The position numbers and the translations under genes are program-made. Below the pieces are notes generated by a model, which saw only the letters and a program-made list of their open reading frames with translations, did not search any database and was not told where the DNA came from. Of a stretch of DNA of 64,000 bases, positions 38,859 through 52,274 are shown piece after piece; position 1 is the first letter of the stretch; the number at the start of each line of letters is the position of its first letter. This stretch comes from Tubulanus polymorphus (taxonomy: Eukaryota > Animalia > Nemertea): assembly GCF_964204645.1 (NCBI RefSeq), contig NC_134029.1, positions 3,038,001-3,102,000 on the forward strand. Reading direction: 5' to 3'.

Positions 38859-41800
38859 ATGGTAATTGTGTTCAGTCTGACAGTAATATCAGCAGCATAT
38901 CATCATTTTCACAGAAGGAAGAAAACAAGTGAGAATAGCGACAACCACCAGTACCAGTACTGTTGTAGTAGTAATAAAACTGAAACGAGCCTCGTTGGTG
39001 TATGGACTTTAACAGAGCCTGAGGAATATTCTAACTGTACCGGCTTTACATCGCTTACAACTACGAGCTGTCTGAGCAAAATGAACGATTTAGCTGCCGA
39101 AGAAAGAATTCAGGTATAAATCGAAAGAAAGAAAGAAATGTTTTTTTTCACATTCTCATCATCGTCCATCCATCAGATGTTGGTTCCTTGAGGAGGCCTA
39201 TTTAGAAACTGAAATGTCAAATTGCATTTATTGCATCTTTCATATCTAGAGTTTTTACAGTGGATTTTATTTGTATGTAAATCCAATTTTGGTTCTAAGG
39301 CCTAGATTCAACTATTTTTTTAGATATTCAATTAAGCCTATAGGCCTACTAGGCGCCCATGTTATCCATGATTGCCCATAAGCATAATTTCCACTTTACT
39401 CAGAATGGCAGTTCTTTATTCTGAAAACAAGATTTTCAACTAAAATTGTGAAATTAGAACATGAAAATGAGTAAAGGGTCAATGCAGCTCCAAACCTAAC
39501 ATTTGCGGCTGCATCCTTGTAGCCATAAGGAAGAGTTTAATCTGGGAACTCCAGCATGAAAATCCTGTGTGCTAATCCATAGGAGTTGTGCTGAGAGACT
39601 GATATGAAAGTTTGTCTTGTTTGAGCCCAGTTAGCTGTGGTGACCAGTCAACTGTGGCATGACTGCAGACTGGTCGTCAAATGCTCCATTCACTGACAAT
39701 ACCCAAAGGATATTGTCAGGAATTTTCAATGGTAGTTTATTTTTCTAAGAAAGGCTTATTTTGGGGAAAACTTAGAACATTTAGGATTTCAAATATGATA
39801 AGATTATTAATTCAGAACGATGATTTAATATCAAAAGTATCTATAGGCCCTATGACAAATATTAATGCACTCTATTCCTTGCAAAAATTCAGTAATTCAA
39901 TGGACCCCATATTCTCATCAAATGATTGTTTCAAAATCTCTTTCCATCTAAAGAGAAAAATTGCCCCAAACAATTATAGAGAGTTTGTAAAAAAGCCCAC
40001 TATAGGAAAAAGTTAAATAGACATTAACTTGATTTTGGAAACTAAATTAGGACATAGTTTATTTCGAATTCACTGTTTTCATCTTTGTTTCAACCATTGC
40101 CACTGGATGTCGCTTACACGCTGTCGATGCGTATCAGTTTAAATCTGGATTTATTGCAACACTTCCCTTGATGGATGTTTTTGTCGAAGCGTTTTAAACG
40201 ATTTTATGGTAGACTGTACGCATAAATTCTGGCGGCAAATTTTCTATTTGCATTGCTAATATACCCGTAATCGTAGCGGCGAAATAACGCAGTTTATACC
40301 AGCGCGCATCGCATCGCCTCGCACAACCACCAGTCTCAACCAACTGAAAAATAAATCATCTTTTGATTGCCAGTTGCTCGACTTAAAATCCTATCATTCC
40401 AACCGGATTTGCGTATTCAGATTTTTCTTTGCATTGTTGATAAAAGAAATGCGTCGACATCATCGCGCTTGTCTTTACTTCTAGCGTTTTGATATAGAAA
40501 AGAAATCCCGTACTCGCAAAGAGATACAAGTTTAAAAAGATGACCGGTCCAGACCGATGATGATCTCTGATGATGAAGTTTAATGATGACTTCGAAACTG
40601 TCAGAATAAACTTATATCATCAGCTATTGGTTAGAAAAAGTTTCCTGTAGGCCAAGTTGATATTCTATAAAACGTGTTGATTGCACGGTCAGTCATCTTC
40701 TAAAAGGAAACCTTTTTGAACTTGATTTTCTATCTGAGCGTGGGATTTTTTCACAACACGGACATCGTTTCATTGAGGTTATCTTGTGTTTTAAACTGAG
40801 TATCTCATCCATCGAAAAAAAAAACATTTATTCAAAGATTTTATCTTACGGTTTTAACCTTTAACCTATCAGATAACCTTACATTGAAATGTATATGTAT
40901 TGAATATACAGTTAGTTTTTGATGAATTGCTCAGTTTGAGGTCTGTTTAACGTGATTATTAATGACACAAGCTGTGTTCAATTATCTAGTACAAATATCG
41001 ATTGAGCCCAGTATGTTTTTTGGGGGCTTTCATTCTAGTGGTAGGGGTCTACGGAAATATTCTATGATTAATTGTGTTCACTAGAGAGGGTGCCGATTAG
41101 TATTTATTTGAAAAACAGTTCGCTTCAAAAAGGAGGCAGAGTTCGAACGGGTTCCATGTCGCATTACACAGATAATGTCTCAGATGCATCCCCCATGTCA
41201 CTTGTGCCTATACCAGAAGCTTGTGCCTTTGTAGTAGCATATTTTCAGTATTGGTTGTGTTATGGAGTATAACTGTTTTTCTTGTAATGCATATTGACTC
41301 TTCATGTGAAATGTAGAAATTGTTGATTTATTAGCCGGTTCGTGCATTAGTTCGTTACGTGCCTATAGTATGCTGTGTATATATATCTAGTATTCAACTC
41401 GATTGTTATAGGTTCTATTTGCCCTTGAATTAAAGCACTATTAGTGGTAGTCGAATTCTGCTCCGTTGAGAATGAAATCTTCCACAAAAACTTTTGATAT
41501 CAAATTCACGCAGTCAAATGATAAACCGATATGGTTTGATTTATTGAAAGATAATTTTCATTTAATCATTTATCATTGAGAAGTTGTTCATTGTACGTTA
41601 AAACCGGACTCAAATCTTTCTTCTCTTGCCGGCAATTTAAACCTGAACAACGCGATCAATCTTTCAAAGCGCGATTATAGATTTTTGTCAAAATCTGATT
41701 TCGGCCTTTTACCGATGATCAATGGCAGCCATTACTTGAGAATTATTTCCGATATTTCTTTGAAATGCTGTATCGAGTCAGCTGTATATCCGCTCCCCTA

Positions 41801-44800
41801 ATAGCAATCTACTTTACTTTCCTATCATAGGTAGTCTAAGACATTGCCTGGGCTCAGTTACACAGTCGCAACTCAAGTCCATATGTGGTCTTAACTGTGT
41901 TTAGACTGGTCTTTTAAAGTTGTCAGGTTGGCTATAAGGCTAAGGTGGTCTTAGACTGGTCAAGCCGTGCCTGTGTAACTGGCCCAGTTCCATAGGCTAT
42001 GGCATAGTTATGCAAGTTTAAGTTTGACTTAAAGAGTTAAAACATCTGGATCCAGTTCCACAGTTCTGAGCTAGAGTTAACTCTCAGTTAAGATTAGTTC
42101 ATTTTCAATGTTTTAACTCAGAGTCAAATCTTGAGTCACAACTGTGGAACTGGGCCCTGGAATGAACAAATTTTAACTCTACTTCTGAAGTCAAACCATG
42201 GGCTCTTTGTTTTAGAGTAATTGTTCAATATGATATCGATCTGGATTGGTTGCAGGTTTCTTGAGTGTTTGGTCCATTTCATCGACTGTGCGCCCCAAAA
42301 TATAGCTATTCTAGATCTAACTGCGGATGTAGGCTATAGGCCTAAACTATGATATCTCGTTTATATGTCCATGGCATAACTAATCCTTGCAGCCTCTGGA
42401 TAAAATGATGTCTGTTTTCTGTGGTTTTAATGTTGTTTCTGATCTTTAACTCACCGTTGAAGTATTCAAAAAAATCTAAAAATCCCATTTTCTATATCAT
42501 CGAATGTTTATGAGGTGCATGAAATTCTTTTATCGCGAAAAAATGATCTTATGCGTTATTTATGGTGATATTGTATTTTGGGTGAATTACACAGGTGTAT
42601 TGACACTTGTATTATATTGCTGCTAGCCGTTTCTACTAATGACTTAAACTCGTCGAGTCTCTCTTATTCCTACTCGACGCAGTAACACTGCCCCTCATCA
42701 TATTAACCAAAAATAAGACGCCGGCCGGCCGCTGAATCTGATGAATGTCTCGAACAATCAGTCTGGCTTGAATGCCGAATGAACAGTGATGGATTACTGT
42801 CTAGGGGTTACACACTATTGACTGCTTATTGGCAGATATTTCTTATCCATGTATTATATATATATATATATATATATCACGTAGGGTTGAGTTTTATAGA
42901 GATTTCCCTGATGTTGTAATGAATCTGATACATGAGAAACTGACCACCAGTTCGGTCACTCGGGTCTGGTTTTTTGTATACAAAAAAATCAATATCTGAT
43001 GTCCTTACACTGTTTATACATATCAAAAATACATAGATGAAATGGCATCGAAACTGAGAGATTCTGAAATCAATGTTTTTTCCAACTTCAGGAATAACTG
43101 TGTATGGTATATGGTAAAGTTGATTACCCCCGGGATTCTCAAGCTGTCGTATTAACAAATTTGACTTGATTAAATTCGAGAATGCAGATAATATTTTCAG
43201 CGTGGTAATTGCCATGTTTACAATCGGTATGACAGTCACTCGGGGGATTCACAACGCAAAACCCAGCAGGTTTATTTAATTCATGACTTGATTCATTTCA
43301 TTCAAACTGCCGCCATTAATTTGTAATTTGTCACGAGATATCCTTCCTGCCCTTTAATGAATTTTATATGTTATTCACGTTGAAAAATCTGTGAGGTAAT
43401 TTTGATAGAAGAGCGTGAGGTTTAATATAGATTGTAACTGCCCCTCTCCCTCGTATCATGTAGGTTAATGAGAAAACATGGTTCCATGAAACAATGTTTC
43501 CGACATCTAACATGTCTGATTTCTTGTTTCTGTGTGTCCATGTTTCCCTGTGTCGTATGCATTGGGCATTAGAAGAACAACATTTTTAAAGTGAACGAAG
43601 CTTTTTTGTTGCTATATTTAATAATCTCTATTCATTATTATTTATGTATTGTAAATATTGAAGATAGTTTTTAAGTTTTTATTGGTCACGTATCTAGTCG
43701 ATGTTAGCAGCTGGTTAAAGCATGAGTTTTTCTTATTCAATTTCCAAGAACAATATATAAACCTGAACATCGATTAATGATGTCCATAAAACTCGTATGT
43801 GATCTGCTCTCATTTTACCAAGTCTGAGAATCTCTGGTGTAGTGTAGATTTTTGAATGATAATCACTGATGGCCCGGGAAATGTCCGGGAAGTATTCCAT
43901 CATATCAGCAAACTGTGCTGGGCTTAATTTTTCATCCAGGCAATTATGAATTGTTTGAAAACGTGAATACATCATGTCTATAACGACAGTTCGTCGCGAG
44001 ACCTTGTCAATGGAGGATTTGACTCGATGTCTAACAATCTGCGGTATTTACTATAAAAAGGATTTACTCTCATCAAACACTTTCATTCATTCCGGTGTCT
44101 GAGGCACAATCTCTACGGTGCAGAGGAGTAGAGTATCTGAGGCACAGTTTCTGTGGAGCAGTCACTGATGAGGCACGGTATCTGAGGCACAGTATCTGAG
44201 GCACAGTATGACCCAGTATCCGAGGCACAGTATGACCCAGTATCTGAGGCACAGTATGACCCAGTATCTGAGGCACAGTATGACCCAGTATCTGAGGCAC
44301 AGTATGACCCAGTATCTGAGGCACAGTATGACCCAGTATCTGAGGCACAGTTTCTGTGGAGCACAGTATCTGAGGCACAGTATGAACCAGTATCTGAGGC
44401 TCAGTATGACCCAGTATCTGAGGCACAGTATGACCCAGTATCTGAGGCACAGTTTCTGTGGAGCACAGTATCTGAGGCACAGTATGACCCAGTATCTGAG
44501 GCACAGTATGACCAAGTATCTGAGGCACAGTATGACCCAGTATCTGAGGCTCAGTATGACCCAGTATCTGAGGCACAGTTTCTGTGGAGCACAGTATCTG
44601 AGGCACAGTATGAACCAGTATCTGAGGCTCAGTATGACCCAGTATCCGAGGCACAGTATGACCCAGTATCTGAGGCACAGTATGACCCAGTATCTGAGGC
44701 ACAGTATGACCCAGTATCTGAGGCACAGTTTCTGTGGAGCACAGTATCTGAGGCACAGTATGACCCAGTATCTGAGGCACAGTATGACCAAGTATCTGAG

Positions 44801-47800
44801 GCACAGTATGACCCAGTATCTGAGGCTCAGTATGACCCAGTATCTGAGGCACAGTTTCTGTGGAGCACAGTATCTGAGGCACAGTATGACCCAGTATCTG
44901 AGGCTCAGTATGACCCAGTATCCGAGGCACAGTATGACCCAGTATCTGAGGCACAGTATGACCCAGTATCTGAGGCACAGTATGACCCAGTATCTGAGGC
45001 ACAGTTTCTGTGGAGCACAGTATCTGAGGCACAGTATGACCCAGTATCTGAGGCTCAGTATGACCCAGTATCTGAGGCACATTATGACCCAGTATCTGAG
45101 GCTCAGTATGACCCAGTATCTGAGGCACATTATGATCAAGTATCTGAGGCACAGTATGACCCAGTATCTGAGGCACAGTATGACCCAGTATCTGAGGCAC
45201 AGTATGACCCAGTATCTGAGGCTCAGTATGACCCAGTATCTGAGGCACAGTATGACCCAGTATCTGAGGCACAGTATGACCCAGTATCTGAGGCACAGTA
45301 TGACCCAGTATCTGAGGCACAGTATGACCCAGTATCTGAGGCACAGTATGACCCAGTATCTGAGGCACAGTATGACCCAGTATCTGAGGCACAGTATGAC
45401 CCAGTGTCTGAGGCACAGTATGACCCAGTATCTGAGGCACATCATGACCCAGTATCTGAGGCACAGTATGACCCAGTATCTGAGGCACAGTATCTGAGGC
45501 TCAGTATGACCCAGTATCTGAGGCTCAGTATGATCCAGTATCTGAGGCTCAGTATGATCCAGTATCTGAGGCACAGTATGACCCAGTATCTGAGGCACAG
45601 CATGACCCAGTATCTGAGGCACAGTATGACCCAGTATCTGAGGCTCAGTATGACCCAGTATCTGAGGCTCAGTATGATCAAGTATCTGAGGCACAGTATG
45701 ACCCAGTATCACATCCTCTCTAATCATTTGACTTGAAGCCTCCATGTTCAGCCCAAACTAAATCAAAGTTTCACTGCTTGTAACTCTAGAAGAATATAAT
45801 TCCACGCATTGAGACGTGATATCAGTGAAAGCATCACGTCGAAACACCTTTCAAATTTCAGTGTAAGCTTAATTTGGTATGTGTGAGGTTTATAGACCGG
45901 TAGTGTGATTATAGTTGACACTACGATTCTAATATCATTGATGTCTCCTAATTATTCAGCATTGACTTAACTTCAGTGCATCATCCATTGCCCTACAGTA
46001 AGAAATACGATACGATATATCAACAATCGATTTTAAAATCAATTTCGTCGTCGACATTTGTTTCTAGCAGGTGCAAGCGCAAATTAAAGATCGATCACAT
46101 TTATCCACGAAGAGGGCGGGGGTGCCTAAAATCCTTCGATTCTCTCGTCTAACGCGTCCATTAACAAATTATCTCAATAAAGAATTCCTTTCTAAGCATA
46201 TTTAACTACTTAATAACGACGCGTTTAAAATTTACAATTGTCCGACGCTCCGTTAATCAAACCAACTCTTGCGATATGTTTATTTACTTAGATCGTTTTC
46301 AAAGTGCAAATATTTCCCCATAACTGGCACCGGATATTACGACGATTGTCCCCCCCCCCCCCCCGTAGAAATCAAAGTTTCCAGCCTAGTTCCTACCCCC
46401 CTGCCCAAATGGATTTATTTACAGTGGAATTTATTATGCCAGCGCTGCTACAAGATTAATTACGATATGAAAGGAATCATACGACTGACGCTTTAATTGC
46501 GCATTGCGATATTCATATATGGTATATGTTTGTCTGGTCATTTTCAATTTGCCGGTCAGCGAATGATGTTCATATAAATCGAATACATTTAACTATAAAC
46601 AGCAGCAGCAGCGGTGGCGGTGGCCCTACGACAAACCAGCTTCCATTAGGATACACATCTAAATCATATCTGTTGTTGATGGATATATGGTAGGCAGCGG
46701 TTTTAAGTTAAGTGCGGTTATTGGGAAGCGTCGCTGCGAGTAATATTCCGATTCGAAGTAATCGTTGTGGGCTGGTTTATGAACGAATTCATTAAACGCA
46801 GCTGTCACTCGAACGCGGTCACCGCCGACGATGAGGCGACTTTGTTTCGTTTTTGCCGAACGAATCAATCGTTGACGGGGCGCGCGCGGGTCTCGGGTAT
46901 CGGAGCCCGGGATACGAATCCGAACTCAACGCAGATCGTATTAATCGGTAGTGTATATAACTGTGTCAGTCTCGGCGGGTGCTGTAGGGACAGTATTGAT
47001 CTCACTGCGTTCGTTCGTCGGTTCGTACTGCGAGGTTACGATGCAGTCACAGTTGTAGTTTGGAGCTGAAGCAGACGACAGCAGTAGCGAACGCTCAGCG
47101 GCTGATTGGAAGTCGCGTCCTCGGCGTCGTGTACCCCCGCCTATCGTTGTTTAAGCTGCTCCCGGTTGTCGTAACAATCAGATCAGTTAGTCTCTCTCTC
47201 ATCCGCGCTGCTGCTGCTGCTGCGAGTTGATCGTCAACGGTTTATTATCGATACCTGGTGCCGCACGCGTTTTGACGTTAAATATTCTCCGCGGAAACTA
47301 CACTCGAGATCGGCACGCGAATCGCGACGACTCTCGGGAATTCTGGAGAATGGATATTGCCGTCTTGACGATCTGATCAACGCCGATTTCGGCGGCGACT
47401 CGGCGCGTGTGTATTCGATGATGATGTTGCCTCGGGGCGCAGGACGGGATAGAAATAGTCAGTAATAAGAGACTCGGTACATCGCCGCACACATCGGCGT
47501 GTTCCATTCGTGTGACTTATCCTCGTACCGCAATCCCTACACGCGAGCTACAAGTCAGAAATCCTTCCTCGTTTCGACCGTAAAGACTTGATAAATACGG
47601 CGCTTGTTTTTGTGCGGATGCGCGTCGTGTCATTGACTGTTTTGAAATCGAATCCCGACGAATCGTGAATATTATCATTAACTATGTGGGAATTTTTGAA
47701 TGTGTTTCAGGACGCGATTTTACGTCTGAGCGGAGTGGTGACGCTCGATGAACTGAGATCGGCCATCAAGGATGCAATAAAGCTCGCGTTGCCTGAAGTG
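38859..47800 (+). CDS. PDE2A: cGMP-stimulated phosphodiesterase 2A-like, 5' exons only
   Basis: Exon 47711-47800 (tttcag|...|gtgagt) encodes DAILRLSGVVTLDELRSAIKDAIKLALPEV, resembling human PDE2A [30 protein letters not shown] as I recall it. Candidate first exon 38859-39113 ends EERIQ|gtataa in phase 0. No GAF or catalytic exons found within the window. Confidence 0.6.
41850..42157. mobile_element. Two adjacent MITE-like elements
   Basis: gggctcagttacacag...ctgtgtaactggccc (~41850-41985) and ggatccagttccacagtt...aactgtggaactgggccc (42048-42157). Related fragments at ~31890 and ~49750-49955. Confidence 0.65.
44095..45710. repeat. Minisatellite, 24-bp unit (agtatctgaggcacagtatgaccc), ~65 copies
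   Basis: Directly visible array with interspersed 30-bp (…tttctgtggagcac) and 14-bp variant units. Confidence 0.97.
46600..47683 (+). promoter_or_regulatory. CpG-rich region: candidate alternative promoter / 5' UTR of the PDE2A-like gene
   Basis: Sharp rise in GC and CpG; inverted CCAAT (gctgattgg, 47101); CT and GCT runs; lies directly upstream of the 47711 exon. Confidence 0.45.
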
Positions 47801-49025
47801 GTGAGTACACTGATTATTTCATATCATCTTAGCCCGGATAATAGCGGCTTAAAATGTGTCATCATTCTCCAGTCGGTACCCTAGTGACGCTTGAACTTTA
47901 TATTCATTCCGTCCGCTACTCGTAAATCTAGAAATGATGTATTTAATCGCTGGTCTCAGTGATTGATTTGAACCATGCTGAGTGGATACATGTATATATG
48001 TATATATACAAGAGAAAGTATTAGGCTAAGAAAATTGATACCTTATTTCTGCTCTGCTTAAAAGCATATATAAAGGCCGGCCGCTTATCTACCCTGTACT
48101 TTTTGCAAATTTGATTACAAATTTTCTCGCAAAAAGTTTACAAAATGACCGAGTCGATTAGGAGAAACAAGGTATCATTTTTTAGCCCTATTCTTGTATA
48201 TATTTGTGTCAAGTGAATGCAATTTACATGAGCATTTTCAGCGTGAATAATTACTGAGAATCATTATCAATTATGTACATGATTTTTAGTACAGTTTATA
48301 TGATGATTAACAGTTTTATACCAACCAGAATCTACGACCGTTAGCGCACTGAACGTTACAAGGATTCTGACTGACTGTGCACTTATCTTCGTTTTGAGGA
48401 TAATTTGCCGCTGAATTTATTCAAATCGTTTTCATGCGCTGCTTCTTCGGTTGTTAAGAAACCGGTATTTACCGCGCGTAAAGAGCATGGCGAGACTCGA
48501 AAATATGCCCGGAAGATATTGATAAAAAATTATCATCTGATTAAACACTAATTGAGAGAGAATGTTGGGGAGAGACTGGGGAGGGGGGAAGGGAATTGAT
48601 CAGTTATCAGTCGAGAGATAGTTATCGTAGCGCTTCTGAAAATTTACGCATGATTTCGGCGAGTCGTAAGACTTCACGTTTCACGATGAACAGACGCGAT
48701 GAATTTAATTGGTCGATATTGTAGGTTATCTATCTATATCTGAGCTAGCTACGGAATCCCGGTAACGCGGGTGCGATTACGACATGTTCACCGGGCGTGA
48801 TGTATTTAATTATTGAAATGAAGAAGCGAATTTAATTAAAACTATCTGCGCGCGCTGCGATGATGAAACCCGTGATCGAATGAACACTTCGTAAAACGTG
48901 TCGAGACCTTTTCTTGTGAATCGGAGACCGAAAATTATCAATGATGATTTCATAGATTTCTGCTCGGTAAATGTGAAGATTAATACTACTGTGAAGTGAA
49001 CTTGATTTTAACAAAAAAATATACA

Positions 49026-49112
49026 AGCTTTCGCTACTAATGCATCGTAGCTTCATCAGTTAATGATGATCATTTCCCTGATGAAGCTACTGTGCATTAG
49101 TAGCGAAAGCTC
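49026..49112. ncRNA. Inverted pair of hammerhead-ribozyme-like cores (Penelope-like remnant)
   Basis: + strand CTGATGA-A-GCTAC-tgtgcatta-GTAGC-GAAA-GCTC (49078-49112) and - strand CTGATGA-A-GCTAC-gatgcatta-GTAGC-GAAA-GCTT (49059-49025); together a 34-bp-arm hairpin. Confidence 0.55.
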
Positions 49113-52100
49113 ATATTTCACCTTTGCAGTACTCTTCTGTTGAATTTGACATGGCTCTTAGCCTACGTCTCCTCACATAGTGGCTTCTACGGAATGGTGA
49201 CCACGATTCTGGAAAACAGAATTTGGAAATGGATGGATTGTGGTCACGCTGAAGTATAGAAAATCATTGAAATAATGATGAACTACTGATATAGTTCTAT
49301 TTCTCACATGTTTGGATTGTTAGGTAGCTCTTAACGCTGCACTTTTCCAACCAGTTTAAAAGTACTGGTGATATAAAATTCTATAGTAAAATATCTGGGC
49401 ATTTTCATACGGCTGACAAACCTTAAACAATATATCATTAAATGCAATGGTCAATTTGAAGTTTGTTGACCGAAACCAATGTACACAAATATGTACAAAT
49501 ACATATAGACCTGTGAACTGCATGCTTACTGTTGTTAGTATAGTTTAAACAGTAGTAAACTCATACTATACTCATAAGACTCTGTTTGATCAGATCCCTC
49601 GTTTTCGCTTGTGCACCTGAGGTTCCTACCCTTAACATAACATATTCACGAGGAAGACTTGAATGTTAATTGCGAGTTATGAAAACAAATTTCCAGAACA
49701 TTAGCTCTGCAAACTTTCGTTTATAGCCTCGGTGTTTAATGCGTAGTTTTGGCTCCAGAGTTGCACAGTCGAGGCATTAAGAGACAAGACCAGTCTGACA
49801 TATTATTTCTATAGCCCCATCTAACTCCTTAAGACTAGTCTTAATGATTTAAGATTATGCCGAGTCCATGATCCAGTTCCAGGTTAAACACTGGATTCTA
49901 AAGAGTTGATCATTTCGAAAATGAACTGATCATAACTCTAACCGTGGAGCTGGGTTTACTATTGATAACTGACGTATCTTTAACACAATCGATCCGTTAA
50001 CTGTCGATGTTTTGCCTTCCGTTAGGCATCATTTATCTGATTTGCAGCAGATATCAACTCTCAATCATCCAGTCTTCATTGTCGATATCCGCTGCGAATA
50101 TATCTACAGTAATTGGCTGGTTATGGCAGCTCTGAAGAGCCGCGGACCTCGTACGGCTGATTAAATTGTCCTTACAGCCCGATGACAGACATCGGCTAAA
50201 GTATTCATTTCGACTGTCACTGAAGTATAACTGAATTCCATCAGATGGCTTTAGATTACGGAAATTGAGCCGGCCACCATTAAACTGATGACGACACACG
50301 CCTGATATTCATCGAATACAGCATTTATCAATTCATCTCGTGTCAACTATTTGCACTATTTATTGCCGAAACCTGTAGAACATTTCTATTTATAATCATT
50401 GATGATATTATTAATTATTGGTTGACGCAGGGATTTCCAGTCGCCCAGTTTCCTTCCTCTTAAACATGAATATCAATGATAGATTTCTGTTCATTTAACC
50501 CCCTTCTGTTAACATGTAGCGTTTATTACCACTTTCATCAGATGACACTCAACTATAGGGGTTTCATGTAACAGGGTCCCTACAACTCCTTGATTCCTTA
50601 AAAACTCCCTCGTAACTGAAAATGCAAAAGGAGTCCACTCAAAATTTTAGATTTTTTCCTTAACTCTTTATATCCGGGAATGACTGATCTTTAGCGACTC
50701 TGGGTAAGTGAGGCCTAGACCTGGTTAAGACCGAGACCTGGTGTATGCTGTAGAGAGATCGTGGCCTGGGTGTATATAGAGACTCGAGGCCTGGTTGAGA
50801 CCAATACTTGGTGTATTCTTTATAGAGAGAGAGAGGGAGAGAGGGAGAGAGAGACCTCAAACCAATCAATTGTAATTCATACTCAATATTCTATACAAAA
50901 ATCTGAATGTCTGTTTATTCGATGAGCACCTCAGATTGATTTACGTGCCTTTAATCTCAATCTGAGGAAGCTACTTAAATGAAATTGCATTCGATTTAAA
51001 ATTTTCAATTTCCTGAACATTAACTTAAAATGAATTTCTGAAGCTGACAGCGCGATGCTATTCAAACTGAATTTCATTTAGCGCACGCCGGGGATCTCGC
51101 ACTATCAACGCGCACAAAAAAATACCGTTTGAGCTGGTCTGAATGACTGTGACTCTATAAAGCAGGTTTTGATTGGTGTCTATCGATTCTGGAATTCTCT
51201 TCGGGCGCGTTCATTTCGACCAGAATACGCTCTTCCTATTCCAGAATCAGAGTCTGTTAACCAGATTGAAGAATTTGATATTCCTAAACGAGTATATTTT
51301 CAATCGAAACCTGCCTTTAGAATGCAGGAATTTGAACGTCAAATGACATCGATTCAATTAATTTGCTATCCGAGACAGATTGACGTCATTGTGATCGAGA
51401 AACTTTCCTGATATAAGTGATAAAAATAAGTGTATAAAACTTGCATGTTTATTTTACAGAAATCTTGCTTATCACAAATTGATCTTATCGCTTGTTGTCA
51501 TTATGTCTGGATGACTACCCCCACAGCCGATCCCTCAAACCGCCATTAAACTACAAACACTGCTGATGTTGTTGCTGTAATTTAGGCAACACTTGATCAG
51601 TGACAATGAACCTAATGTGGACAACATGATGAAGAATTGCATCTGCTAATGAAGTGATCGTGATGAGTAAATGGTATAATCAATCTTACCGCCGTCGAAG
51701 TTCCCTCCTTTATCCTACCTGATATTAATGAATTTAGTTGGCCTAGATTTTATCGATCACTGGCTGAAAATATATTTCCAGTTTGTTTCACATTTCTGCG
51801 GCAGCCTGCCAACTCTATTGATAGAGAGTCACTCTAGGGCTAACGAGGTCTGATTTCAGTTGAAATCCTAAAATAACTTCATTCCAGTCTTTGATAGCGT
51901 AGCCATGTTGTTAGATTTTTTTTCTGATTTAGATGAAAGTGCAATGAAACTGATGAATCAATGGCCTCTGACTGTGATACTGATTTAACATTCAGCTCAC
52001 AATAATTCTCTGATTACATCACTATTCACTGTTTTCATGCGCTGTTCGACTTGTTGAGTATTATATGGTATCTTTAGAGCGATTGATTTACTGAAACCTT

Positions 52101-52274
52101 GTAAAAGTCTTTCCGTTTGAAGCTCTTTGTCAGTCGATTGTTCGTAAGAGTCTCACAAGTGTTTTCTAAGCGTTTTTTCTTTGCCTTGTTGATTAGTGCA
52201 GTAGATTGTGAATGCATAACCGTTGATAATGTAATCAGCTTTTAACTGAGTATTCTGCGTTAGTTTGATCATGG

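Noticed and set aside
42877-43239. 120-aa - strand ORF
   Set aside because: GTG start, no recognisable motif, no clear splice context.
44073-45745. Long ORFs in several frames as genuine CDS
   Set aside because: Explained by a stop-free 24-bp unit; 14-bp units shift the frame; not called as genes.
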